The notes under the pieces are model-generated. The model saw only the letters and a list, made by a program, of their open reading frames with translations. It had not been told where the DNA came from and did no database searches. A DNA stretch of 64,000 bases from Bacteroidota bacterium (GTDB lineage Bacteria > Bacteroidota > Bacteroidia > 2-12-FULL-35-15). The stretch lies in the NCBI GenBank assembly GCA_005772895.1, contig SXIH01000067.1, positions 13,163-77,162 of the forward strand, in the 5' to 3' direction. Shown here piece by piece: positions 31,001 to 39,816 of this stretch (its first letter is position 1; each line of letters opens with the position of its first letter). The position numbers were made by a program, and so were the translations under genes.

Positions 31001-34000
31001 AAATCCTTTTGTAGTATCAAATATTAGTTGTGCAGGAGTTATTCCTTGCGATGGATCTGCATCTTCTGCTCCTACTGGTGGTGCAGGAGGAACTTATACC
31101 TATGATTGGACACCGGGAACTCCAACAGGTGATGGTACTGGAACAATTACAGCATTATGCGCTGGAACTTATAACTTAACAGTTACAGATTCTAATTCAT
31201 GTACTTCAACAATGCCCGTGACGATTACTCAGCCATTGGTATTAACAGCACCTATAACGGGTTCTACATCCAGTTGTAATATTTGTAATGGTACCGCAAC
31301 TGTTACTCCTGCAGGTGGAACTCCTGGTTATACTTATTTGTGGAGCGATGGCCAAACTACTCAAACTGCAGTAGGACTTTGTCCTAACACAACATATACA
31401 GTAACAGTTACTGATACAAATGGTTGTGTTGCTACAAATACAGTTACAATTCTTCAAACAATTACAATTACAATTACAACTTCCAATACTACACTTTCTT
31501 GTTTTGGTGCTTGTGATGGAATTGTAACTGCAAATGCAGCAGGTGGAACTTTACCATATTCATTTATCTGGACAGGTCCGATTTGCGGTGGTGGAGTTGG
31601 AATTGTTTCATTAACTGCAACAGCAAGTGGACTTGGTGCAGGAACATATACTGTTAACGTAACGGATGCTGCAGGGTGTTTTAATATTGATTCAATAACA
31701 TTTACTAATCCTCCACTTTTAACTGTTTCTACTGTAAGTGCAAATGCTACTTGTGCTGGTGCTTGTGATGGCACAGCAACAGCAACAGGTGCAGGAGGAA
31801 CAGGTACAATAACTTATTTGTGGAGCGATGGACAAACTACAGCTACAGCTACAGGATTGTGTGCCGGTTCGTATACTTTAACAGCAACTGATTCTAGCGG
31901 TTGTACTGCTTTAGATACAGTTGTTATAACTGAACCACCTATTGTGGTAGATAACGTTACAATTACGGATGCCAATTGTACATTTGCCGATGGTTCTATA
32001 ACTGTTGCACCTACAGGTGGAACAGGAGCATATACTTATAACTGGAGTCCTGGTGCTCCAACAGGTGATGGTACTCCAACAATTACTGGTTTACTTCCTG
32101 GACCATATTCAGTAGATATTACATCAGGAGGATGTACATATACATTTAATTATTTATTAAGCAACATTGCAGGACCAACTACAACTATGTCGCATACCGA
32201 TGTCACATGTTTTGGAGATTGTGATGGAACTGCAAGTGTTTTAGCTGCCGGTGGTGCGGGTGGATATATTTATGATTGGACACCTGGTGCACCAACGGGA
32301 GACGGAACAGCAGCAATTACTGCTTTGTGTGGAACGATTACTTATACTGTACAAGTTACTGATGCTGCAGGTTGTATCACTTTTGATCAAGACACAGTTA
32401 CTAATCCTGCTTTGATTTCTCCTAATGAAGTTGTTGTAAATGAAAGTTGCGGAGGTGCATGTGATGGAAGTATTAGTTTATTCCCTTCTGGCGGAACTCC
32501 CGGTTATACATTCTTGTGGAGCACTGGCGCTACAACATCTTCTATTAGTGGGTTGTGTGCCGGACCATATACTTTTACAGTAACGGATGCAAACGGATGT
32601 GATTCAATCTTAACAATAACAATAGTTTCTCCACCTGCATTGGTTGTGACACTTTCTTCTACAAATGTTTTATGTAATAGTGCATGTGATGGAACAGCAA
32701 CTGCTAACGTTGTTGGTGGAACAGGTGCAGGAACATATACTTATGCTTGGTTGCCTGATCCTCCATTAGGTCCTGTTTATATTTTACCAACAGTTGTTGG
32801 ATTATGTCCAGGTACTTATGATGTTACTGTTACTGATGGAAACGGATGTACGGCTGCAGATACTGTAACTATTACAGAACCTACAGCATTAACTACCGTT
32901 ACATCTCAAACTAATGTTACTTGCTTTGGAGCTTGTGATGGAATTGCAATAGTTACTCCTAGCGGAGGAACTATGCCATATTCTTATTCATGGACTTTTG
33001 GTGCTGGTACAAATGATAGTTTAACGGGATTATGTCCTGGAAGTTATAACGTTACAGTTACTGATTCAAATAATTGTGTTTCGAATCCGCCTCCGGTTGT
33101 AATTACTGAACCTGCACCAATTGTTCCGAATGCAGTTGGTGTTGATCCTTTATGTAATGCTTCTTGTGATGGAACTGCAACAGCAACACCTACAGGTGGT
33201 TCAGGAGTTTATACTTATTTGTGGGATGATCCATTAGCACAAACCACTGCAACAGCAGTTGGATTATGTGCCGGAGTTTATACAGTCATTGTGGATGATG
33301 GTTTCTGTTCTAACTCACAAAGTGTGACATTAACTGATCCTGCTGTACTAAATGCAAACCCTTCAGCAACTTCACCTACTTGTGTTGGCGATTGTGATGG
33401 AAGTGTAACTTCTAATCCAATTGGCGGAACAGGTCCACTTTATACATACTCATGGACTCCTGGTCCATTTGCAACTCAAACTGTAATTAATTTATGTCCG
33501 AATGTTTATACTGTTATTGTAAACGATCAGAATGGTTGTGCCGATACTCAATCTGTAACTCTTTCTAATCCTGTTGGAATTGATGTAATAATAGGTAGTA
33601 CTCCTGCAGCTTGTGGAGTATGTGATGGAACAATTACTATTACACCAACTACCGGACTTGCTCCATATACTTATGTTTGGACAATAGGTGGAGTTCCTCC
33701 TCCATTGCCATTTACAGGAAACGGAACAAATAGCGTTTCCAATGTATGCGCAGGATTGTATGATGTATTAGTAACAGATGCTAATGGTTGTGATTCAATT
33801 TTCACAATTCCAATGAGCAATTCAAGTGGTCCAACAAGTACAATTTTTACAGCTAACGATGCTTCTTGTCCTAGTGTTTGTGATGGCTCGGGTTCTATTG
33901 ATACAGTAAACGGTGGAACGGCTCCTTATGCTTTCTTGTGGAACGACCCTGCCGCAACAGCTAATGATTCAGCTTTTAATCTTTGTGATTCTACATACTT

Positions 34001-36665
34001 TGTTCAGATAACAGATGCTGTGGGATGTATTTATTTCGAAACAATAATTATAAATGAACCGGCTCCAATTGTTCCAAACGAAATTATAACATTGGCACTT
34101 TGCAGTAATATTTGTACTGGAGGAATTGAAGTTGCTCCAACCGGTGGAACCGGACCATATTCATATTTCTGGGCTCCGGGAGTAATTGTAGGACAAGGTA
34201 CTGATAGTGTTTCAAGTTTATGTGCAGGAACTTATACCCTAACAATTACTGATGCAAATTTATGTGTGCAAGTGGATTCGTTTGTAGTCGGACAGTCAAC
34301 ACCTTTATTAGCGACAATCAACGCAACAAATATTTCTTGTTCTTCTGCTTGTAGCGGAATGGCTTATGTTACTATTTCTTCAGGTACTGGTCCATATACT
34401 ATTCAGTGGAACGATCCATCTGGACAAACAAATGATACAGCAACAGCATTGTGTGCAGGAAATTATACTGTTGATATTACAGATGCGCTTGGATGTATAC
34501 TTTCTTTAAGTACTACTATTACTGCAACTCCAGCCGTTTCTGCAAATGCAGTTATTACTGACGCAACATGTGGATTGTGTGATGGTTCTGCAGTTCTGAC
34601 TCCTACAGGTGGTACAGCGGGTTACACTTATTTGTGGAGCAATGGAGAAACAACTGCAACTGCTGATAGCTTATGTGCAGGATTGTATACGGTAGATATT
34701 ACTGATGCAAATGGTTGTGTTACCAATGTTTCTATTCCTGTAAGTAATCCAACCGGACCAACAAGTGCAACAATTGTTTCTACAAATATTACTTGTAACG
34801 GATTGTGCAATGGAAGTGTAACTTCTGTTACACCGGTTGGCGGAACTGCACCATATACATTCTTGTGGATTGCGAGTGGTGCAACAACTTCATCATTAGC
34901 ATCTTTATGTGCAGGAACTTATTTTGTACAAATCACTGATGCGAATGGTTGTTCATTAATGGATTCGGTAATTATTACTGAACCTGCTCCGATTTTAGCA
35001 AATCAAGTAATAGTTGCAACAACTTGTGGTTTATGTGATGGAAGTATTACTCTTGCACCAAGTGGTGGAACAGCAGGCTATACTTATTTATGGAATACTG
35101 GTGCAATAACTTCGTCATTAATTAATTTATGTGCCGGTGTTTATTCGGTTGATATTACTGATGCTGCAGGCTGCGTTCAAAATGTGATGATTTCATTGAA
35201 CAGCCAAACCGGACCAACTGTTACAACATTCCCAACAGATGTAACTTGTAATGGTTCTTGTAATGGAAGTGATAGTGCTTATGTTACTGGATTGTCTCCA
35301 TTCTCGTATTTATGGAACGATGTAGGATTACAAACTACACCGGTTGCAACTGCACTTTGTGCGGGAACATATTTTGTTCAGGTAACAGATAATGCAGGAT
35401 GTGTTACAATTGCTTCATCAACCGTTTCAGAACCTGATTCAATTGGATTTAGTGTTGCAAATGCTCAAGATCCATTGTGTAATGGAAATGCAAACGGACA
35501 AATAACAATAATTCCTTCAGGTGGAACATTGTCTTACACTTATTCATGGACACCGGCTCCTGCACTTGGACAAACAACTGCAACTGCAACCGGATTGGAT
35601 GCAAATACATATATTGTTACAGTAACGGATGCGAATGGTTGTGCTGCAAATCAAACAGTAACGTTAGTAAATCCAACTTCATTAACTATTAGTAATGTTT
35701 CTGTTTCTCCAAGTTGCAATACAATTGCCGATGGTTCAATTGACGTAACAGTTGGAGGTGGAACTCTTCCTTATGCTTATCAGTGGAGTGGCGGTTCAAC
35801 TGCAGTAACAGAAGATCTGGTTGGAATCTTAAGTGGAACTTATACGATCACAGTTACGGATTCTAATTCTTGTACAATTGCTGATACAATTATTTTATTG
35901 CCTGCACAAACTGTAATTGCTGCTGCAGGAAATGATACTTCATTCTGTCAGTCTGGTTCAATTACATTAGATGCTTCTGCAAGTGTGAATGGAACAACTT
36001 ACCAATGGTTTGATATGGCAGGAACACTTTTAGGTTCTTCTATAACATTAACATTTAATCCTCCTGCTGGAACAAACAGTTATTATGTTGTTGTAGATAA
36101 TGGAACAGGTTGTAGTGATAACGATACAATTGATGTCACCGCAAATCCATTGCCGAATGCAAATGCTGGAACTGATGTTACAATTGTGCTTGGAATGACA
36201 ACGCCTATTGGTGGAAGTCCTACTACAACTACAGCTGGTGCAACAATTTCATGGACACCAAATCCGGGCGCATTAGATAATTATTCTGCATCAAACCCAA
36301 CTGCTAATCCAACAAGTACTACTACTTATACAGTTACAGTAACTTCTGCACAAGGTTGTACTGCGGTTGATTCGGTTCAGGTAGAAGTTCGTCCTACCAT
36401 TATTTTCCCTAATGGTATTTCTCCAAACGGAGATGGTGCAAACGATGAATGGATTATTGATGGAATAGAATTATTCCCTAATTGTGAAGTTGAGGTGTAT
36501 AACCGTTGGGGTGAATTATTATTCCAATCAGTTGGATACAAAGAAACCTGGAAAGGAACATTTAAAGGAAAAGAGCTACCGGTTGGAACGTATTATTATG
36601 TGATTGATTTAAAAGATGAATTGTATCCTGATGCTTACACAGGACCAATAACTATAATGAGATAA
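28071..36665 (+). CDS. Giant cell-surface adhesin with ~28 tandem SprB repeats and a gliding-motility-associated (T9SS type B) C-terminal sorting domain, SprB-like
   Basis: 2864 aa. Signal peptide. ~80-aa repeats with conserved Cys pattern (TxxTCxGxCDGTAxxxxxGGTxPYTYxWxxG...LCAGTYTVTVTDANGC). C-terminus IIFPNGISPNGDGANDEWIIDG...VEVYNRWGELLF...GTYYYVIDLKD matches the type-B CTD. Confidence 0.85.
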   Translation: MIMKNLKRNILLSLVLLLVTSTYATNLYWIGGTGNWNDAKHWSLTSGGTSANVIPTSNDDVYFDQNSFTADKQTVKVIANAVCRNIDWSLIDDKAIFSAAASRTLQVNGSYILSPLLNNGFKGQTIFSSQQNGNTLKTAGNRIIGDLIFDGTGSWSLTDNITTEENVSIKLLQGSLSTNDKAINCGNFIGNSSKTRTLNLGSSQIIVNKLWDCSSPANLSLTPGTSSILLKDIVDNSTFRSGGLLYNDVGVLVTFCVPSGTPCVANITITMAAINITCNGLCDGSAWVVSAAGGCGGPYSFDWQGALTPSGDFTDSIFNLCAGNYTVRVTDGCGSFCFCNINVTEPSVLFDYELFTTPATCNGVCDGVAAVDATGGTFPYSYVWTPGAYTNDTVSVLCAGTYTVDVTDANGCTGSTTLVVTEPAVLVSPGSSTDVTCFGFCDGTASVVAAGGSPPYTYDWTPGAPTGDGTASITNLCPGSYTCTVTDTNACSATFVATIVEPPVLTLTMSQVNATCGGMCDGTATATITGGTPPYNYVWSNGSSTLTGALSNTISGLCAGTYTVDVTDANGCIITDSVTITEPAVLVATASGTNVTCFGLCNGTATVVVVGGNGGNTFDWTPGTPTGDGTATITNLCPGTYTVTVVDNTGICTDTGVVVITEPALLVANPVGTDVLCNGDCDGTATATPSGGTLPYTYDWSPGAPLGDGTPTITSLCPGIYTVLVTDFNLCTSSQSVTITEPPVLDAAATFTNVTCNGACDGTATSTPTGGTPGYTYLWSTGAVTPGISGLCPGSYTVTVTDANGCTNSATVVIIQPNALSVSVVSTTLACFGDCDATATATITGGTPLYTIDWTPGAPIGDGTLTISSLCAGTYTIDVIDGNGCPATASTTILQPTALTLATAVTNVSCFGLCDGVAAAIAGGGTPGYSYLWAPGGQTTSSISAQCAGSYTVTVTDLNGCTLSDTVTITEPTQVFANPFVVSNISCAGVIPCDGSASSAPTGGAGGTYTYDWTPGTPTGDGTGTITALCAGTYNLTVTDSNSCTSTMPVTITQPLVLTAPITGSTSSCNICNGTATVTPAGGTPGYTYLWSDGQTTQTAVGLCPNTTYTVTVTDTNGCVATNTVTILQTITITITTSNTTLSCFGACDGIVTANAAGGTLPYSFIWTGPICGGGVGIVSLTATASGLGAGTYTVNVTDAAGCFNIDSITFTNPPLLTVSTVSANATCAGACDGTATATGAGGTGTITYLWSDGQTTATATGLCAGSYTLTATDSSGCTALDTVVITEPPIVVDNVTITDANCTFADGSITVAPTGGTGAYTYNWSPGAPTGDGTPTITGLLPGPYSVDITSGGCTYTFNYLLSNIAGPTTTMSHTDVTCFGDCDGTASVLAAGGAGGYIYDWTPGAPTGDGTAAITALCGTITYTVQVTDAAGCITFDQDTVTNPALISPNEVVVNESCGGACDGSISLFPSGGTPGYTFLWSTGATTSSISGLCAGPYTFTVTDANGCDSILTITIVSPPALVVTLSSTNVLCNSACDGTATANVVGGTGAGTYTYAWLPDPPLGPVYILPTVVGLCPGTYDVTVTDGNGCTAADTVTITEPTALTTVTSQTNVTCFGACDGIAIVTPSGGTMPYSYSWTFGAGTNDSLTGLCPGSYNVTVTDSNNCVSNPPPVVITEPAPIVPNAVGVDPLCNASCDGTATATPTGGSGVYTYLWDDPLAQTTATAVGLCAGVYTVIVDDGFCSNSQSVTLTDPAVLNANPSATSPTCVGDCDGSVTSNPIGGTGPLYTYSWTPGPFATQTVINLCPNVYTVIVNDQNGCADTQSVTLSNPVGIDVIIGSTPAACGVCDGTITITPTTGLAPYTYVWTIGGVPPPLPFTGNGTNSVSNVCAGLYDVLVTDANGCDSIFTIPMSNSSGPTSTIFTANDASCPSVCDGSGSIDTVNGGTAPYAFLWNDPAATANDSAFNLCDSTYFVQITDAVGCIYFETIIINEPAPIVPNEIITLALCSNICTGGIEVAPTGGTGPYSYFWAPGVIVGQGTDSVSSLCAGTYTLTITDANLCVQVDSFVVGQSTPLLATINATNISCSSACSGMAYVTISSGTGPYTIQWNDPSGQTNDTATALCAGNYTVDITDALGCILSLSTTITATPAVSANAVITDATCGLCDGSAVLTPTGGTAGYTYLWSNGETTATADSLCAGLYTVDITDANGCVTNVSIPVSNPTGPTSATIVSTNITCNGLCNGSVTSVTPVGGTAPYTFLWIASGATTSSLASLCAGTYFVQITDANGCSLMDSVIITEPAPILANQVIVATTCGLCDGSITLAPSGGTAGYTYLWNTGAITSSLINLCAGVYSVDITDAAGCVQNVMISLNSQTGPTVTTFPTDVTCNGSCNGSDSAYVTGLSPFSYLWNDVGLQTTPVATALCAGTYFVQVTDNAGCVTIASSTVSEPDSIGFSVANAQDPLCNGNANGQITIIPSGGTLSYTYSWTPAPALGQTTATATGLDANTYIVTVTDANGCAANQTVTLVNPTSLTISNVSVSPSCNTIADGSIDVTVGGGTLPYAYQWSGGSTAVTEDLVGILSGTYTITVTDSNSCTIADTIILLPAQTVIAAAGNDTSFCQSGSITLDASASVNGTTYQWFDMAGTLLGSSITLTFNPPAGTNSYYVVVDNGTGCSDNDTIDVTANPLPNANAGTDVTIVLGMTTPIGGSPTTTTAGATISWTPNPGALDNYSASNPTANPTSTTTYTVTVTSAQGCTAVDSVQVEVRPTIIFPNGISPNGDGANDEWIIDGIELFPNCEVEVYNRWGELLFQSVGYKETWKGTFKGKELPVGTYYYVIDLKDELYPDAYTGPITIMR
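28850..35900 (+). repeat. Array of ~28 diverged SprB-type domain repeats (~235-255 nt each) inside the adhesin gene
   Basis: Periodic TEP(A/P)xL...CxGxCDG...NGC motif visible in the translation. Confidence 0.8.
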
Positions 36666-36666
36666 A

Positions 36667-37593
36667 ATGAAAAATAAAATCCTCATATTTATTTTGGTGC
36701 TTGGTTTTGTAAAACTAAATGCACAGCAATTACCGCATTACAGTAATTACATGATTAACGATTATGCTATGAATCCTGCAATTGGAGGAAGCGATAATTA
36801 TTTTGAAGGTGTTTCCAACAATCGTTATCAGTGGATTGGAATTACTGATGCGCCTCGTACGTATATTTTAAGCGTGAACGGACCAACCAAAAATTTAAAA
36901 ATGGGATTGGGTGGTTTGTTATTTACTGATATTGTTGGACCAACTCGTAGAACTGGATTGTATATGTCATATGCTTATCATTTAAAAGTTTCAGAAAAAA
37001 TAAAAGTGTCATTAGGATTATCTGCAGGTTTACTTCAATTTAAAGTAGATGGTTCAAAAATTACCTTGCGCGATCCTGCTGATATGATGATTAGCAATGG
37101 TGTGCAATCGGTGATTATGCCTGATTTCGGAGCGGGGGTTTATGTTTATTCTATTGATAAAAAATGGTATTTCGGTGCAAGTGTTCCTCAAATCATTCAG
37201 CAAAAAATAAAATTCTTCGACAACTCAACAACATCCTTGAGTAAGTTGGCAACACATTATTATGTAACTGCAGGATATCAATTCAACATCAACGATGATT
37301 TTAAAATTGAACCATCTACTTGTCTTAAATATGTTAAGCCTGCACCATTCCAATTTGATTTAGGATTAAGAGCTATCTACCAAGATAAAATATGGATTGG
37401 TGGAGCATTCCGTTATTTAGATGCAGTTTCTGCTATGGTTGGTTATACAATGCAAGAAAATATCACCTTCGCATATTCCTACGATTTTACAATGACCAAC
37501 ATCAAAAAACACAGCACAGGTACTCACGAGCTGATGATTGGAATTAAATTCCATAAATCTAAGCCGAGTAAAGATGCTGTGAAGATGCAGTAG
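36667..37593 (+). CDS. sprF: Type IX secretion system membrane protein, PorP/SprF family
   Basis: N-terminus AQQLPHYSNYMINDYAMNPAIGGS is diagnostic for PorP/SprF. Lies 1 bp downstream of the type-B CTD cargo gene, as in known sprB-sprF pairs. Confidence 0.8.
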   Translation: MKNKILIFILVLGFVKLNAQQLPHYSNYMINDYAMNPAIGGSDNYFEGVSNNRYQWIGITDAPRTYILSVNGPTKNLKMGLGGLLFTDIVGPTRRTGLYMSYAYHLKVSEKIKVSLGLSAGLLQFKVDGSKITLRDPADMMISNGVQSVIMPDFGAGVYVYSIDKKWYFGASVPQIIQQKIKFFDNSTTSLSKLATHYYVTAGYQFNINDDFKIEPSTCLKYVKPAPFQFDLGLRAIYQDKIWIGGAFRYLDAVSAMVGYTMQENITFAYSYDFTMTNIKKHSTGTHELMIGIKFHKSKPSKDAVKMQ

Positions 37594-37694
37594 TGTTATC
37601 TTCGTATCTGTCATCCCGTGCCACGACACGGGATCTCCCTGTTAGAAAGTAAAGCAATCTTTTGTGTGTTCCACAGAATACTTATATTTGTCCA

Positions 37695-38612
37695 ATGAAA
37701 TTCAAATTCATAATTCTATTCATTGTACTCTCAGTTAAGGTTGTAGCACAGCCCTTTGCCGACATCCTTAACTTCAACTACCAAACCTTTTCTTCAAACT
37801 ATGCCGATAGTACTCAATGGAAAAACAAAACAGATGATTATTTTCTGAATTTGTTTTTGCCAAAGAATTTTAAAAACGGAAACACATTTTTATTACGGTT
37901 GAATTCAGAACATTTGAGTTCTACTATTAGTCCTGATTCATCTTATTCCTATTCCTTATCTAGTATCTCAATGCCAATTGGAATGAAACTGGTTTCCAAA
38001 AATAAAAAATGGGAAACTGTGTTATTGGTCATTCCTAAAATTGCTTCCGATTTCAGAGATGCTATTGATGCTAACGATTATCAATACGGAGGAATTTTCT
38101 TAGAACATTTTGTTCCAAACGAAAAAGTAAAAATAAAAGCCGGACTCTATTATAACCGTGAAGCTTTTGGAAATTTGTTTGTACCATTGGTGGGCGTAGA
38201 CTGGAAAGTAAACGACCGCATTAATTTATACGGAATTTTGCCTACCAATTATAAAGTAGAATTCAATCTTGCTAAAAATAAATTATACACCGGGTTAAAT
38301 GTGAAATTCTTTACGCGTTCATTTCGTTTATCACAAACCCATAATTATGATTATGTTCGATACGATGAATCACAAGTGAAAGTATTTGTAGATTATTTTG
38401 TTGTCCCGAAAGTGTTATTGTTTGCTGAAGTTGGCTATTCTATTGGAAGAAGCCCATGGCAACATAAAAACGGAACAAATGATAAAAAGGAACCTTATTA
38501 TGCTAATCCAATTTATACACCAATCAAAAACTATCCTATTTTAAGTGTTGGCTTGGCTTATCGTGTGAGATTTGATTTAATTAAGAAGGATGAACCAGTA
38601 ACAGCTCCATAG
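37695..38612 (+). CDS. Hypothetical outer-membrane protein (signal peptide, beta-rich)
   Basis: MKFKFIILFIVLSVKVVAQ, then an aromatic-rich alternating pattern. No assignable family. Confidence 0.4.
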   Translation: MKFKFIILFIVLSVKVVAQPFADILNFNYQTFSSNYADSTQWKNKTDDYFLNLFLPKNFKNGNTFLLRLNSEHLSSTISPDSSYSYSLSSISMPIGMKLVSKNKKWETVLLVIPKIASDFRDAIDANDYQYGGIFLEHFVPNEKVKIKAGLYYNREAFGNLFVPLVGVDWKVNDRINLYGILPTNYKVEFNLAKNKLYTGLNVKFFTRSFRLSQTHNYDYVRYDESQVKVFVDYFVVPKVLLFAEVGYSIGRSPWQHKNGTNDKKEPYYANPIYTPIKNYPILSVGLAYRVRFDLIKKDEPVTAP

Positions 38613-38617
38613 TTCGT

Positions 38618-39085
38618 ATGTCAAAAAAGAAAAAATTTCTCTACTTACTTTTAGTAATATTCATACTGATCCAATTCTTCCGTCCTGAACGAAATCTCGG
38701 GAAACGTGAAACAGAAAATACCATATTTGTCTCCAATGAAGTTGGACAAATTTTGCAAACTTCATGCTTTGATTGTCATTCCAATTATACCGTTTACCCT
38801 TGGTATACCAATATTCAGCCTTTTGGTTGGTGGATGGCGCACCATGTAGATGAAGGGAAAGACGAATTAAATTTTTCTGAATTTGAAACGTACTCTTTAA
38901 AACGAAAGCTTCACAAATTAGAAGAAATAAAAGAAATGGTAGATGCAGATGAAATGCCATTGCCTTCTTATTTGTGGATTCATGGTGATGCTGAATTATC
39001 TGCCGAACAAAAAGAAGTGATTTCTATGTGGGTTGTGGATACCAGGAAGTATCTTGCTGATACACTTTCACGTCCGAAACAATAA
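38618..39085 (+). CDS. Haem-binding-domain protein (single CxxCH motif)
   Basis: 155 aa. N-terminal TM and CFDCHSNYTVYPWYTNIQPFGWWMAHHVDEGKDELNFSEF, matching the Haem_bd domain family. Confidence 0.55.
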   Translation: MSKKKKFLYLLLVIFILIQFFRPERNLGKRETENTIFVSNEVGQILQTSCFDCHSNYTVYPWYTNIQPFGWWMAHHVDEGKDELNFSEFETYSLKRKLHKLEEIKEMVDADEMPLPSYLWIHGDAELSAEQKEVISMWVVDTRKYLADTLSRPKQ

Positions 39086-39241
39086 TAAATTTATTATATT
39101 TACTTATACCTACGGTGTATCAGGGTCGCCCCGTTAAGAAAATGTCCAGTGGACATTTTTAGGTAGGAGCCAGCCTGCAGGGAGAGCAAAACCTACGATA
39201 CAAGAAAATCATTATCTTTACTAATACTACGGTGTATCGTA

Positions 39242-39263
39242 GGTTTTCTTTCAGAAAAACAGG
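39242..39263. repeat. Left copy of exact 22-bp inverted repeat ggttttctttcagaaaaacagg (partner 39758-39779)
   Basis: Perfect reverse complement of 39758-39779. Confidence 0.85.
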
Positions 39264-39293
39264 AAATGAAGAAATATCAAATAGAACAAAACT

Positions 39294-39326
39294 GGGTCCG
39301 AGGGTTCGAATCCCTCTTTCTCCGCC
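39294..39326 (+). other. tRNA 3'-end fragment (T-arm gaggg-ttcgaat-ccctc plus 3' acceptor tttctcc-g-cc), with no matching 5' half
   Basis: Canonical GGTTCGAATCC T-loop. No complementary ggagaaa acceptor strand within 80 nt upstream on this strand. Confidence 0.6.
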
Positions 39327-39386
39327 GTGTCACATCCAAAAATAGCAATTAACAAAACGATCCAAACATTTTTAATTTTCATCATC

Positions 39387-39662
39387 TTATTTTACTCCGC
39401 TAGTAGAAATTGTATTTTTATCAGTATCAACTTTTATATTAGTCTTAGCTTTAAAAATTGCTTTGGTAGATTTGTTTCCTTTTTCATCAGCCTTAATTAC
39501 ATTAAATGCAATATCTATAGTCTTCTTATCCTTTTGAAGTGAGGTTACAGTTTGTACTTTACCGCCAATTTTCTCAGCGTACTTTTTTGCTGCATTAAAT
39601 GTATCTTCTAATTCTCCTAAGTCATCAAAATTTGATGCGAAAACAAATGTTTCAGAATTCAT
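39387..39662 (-). CDS. Small hypothetical protein (91 aa) enclosed by the inward-facing tRNA fragments
   Basis: ORF only. K/D/E-rich with no recognisable domain. Confidence 0.3.
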   Translation of the reverse strand: MNSETFVFASNFDDLGELEDTFNAAKKYAEKIGGKVQTVTSLQKDKKTIDIAFNVIKADEKGNKSTKAIFKAKTNIKVDTDKNTISTSGVK

Positions 39663-39689
39663 AACAGATACAGCTGATCCAACTCCTAC

Positions 39690-39722
39690 ACCTGATCCCG
39701 CTGGGATTCGAACCCAGGACCC
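39690..39722 (-). other. Second tRNA 3'-end fragment (T-arm ctggg-ttcgaat-cccag plus acceptor cgggatc-a), no 5' half
   Basis: The minus strand reads GGGGTCCTGGGTTCGAATCCCAGCGGGATCAGG. Points toward the first fragment. Confidence 0.55.
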
Positions 39723-39757
39723 CTACATTTCTGTTTGTCAATTCCCCTTTCTCCTTT

Positions 39758-39779
39758 CCTGTTTTTCTGAAAGAAAACC
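39758..39779. repeat. Right copy of 22-bp inverted repeat cctgtttttctgaaagaaaacc
   Basis: Exact reverse complement of 39242-39263. Confidence 0.85.
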
Positions 39780-39816
39780 TTCGGTGTACCGTAGGTTTAA
39801 CAAACATAGTAAAAAA

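Noticed and set aside
28679-34810. Several 60-106-aa minus-strand ORFs inside the SprB-like gene (e.g. 29753-29995, 31454-31774, 34628-34810)
   Set aside because: They are antisense to a strongly supported 2864-aa coding frame and arise from the repetitive Gly/Thr/Cys-rich codon pattern.
39294-39760. Intact tRNA or tmRNA gene
   Set aside because: Both T-arm/acceptor segments lack a complementary 5' acceptor strand within tRNA distance. They lie on opposite strands facing each other, so they cannot be the two ends of one tmRNA.
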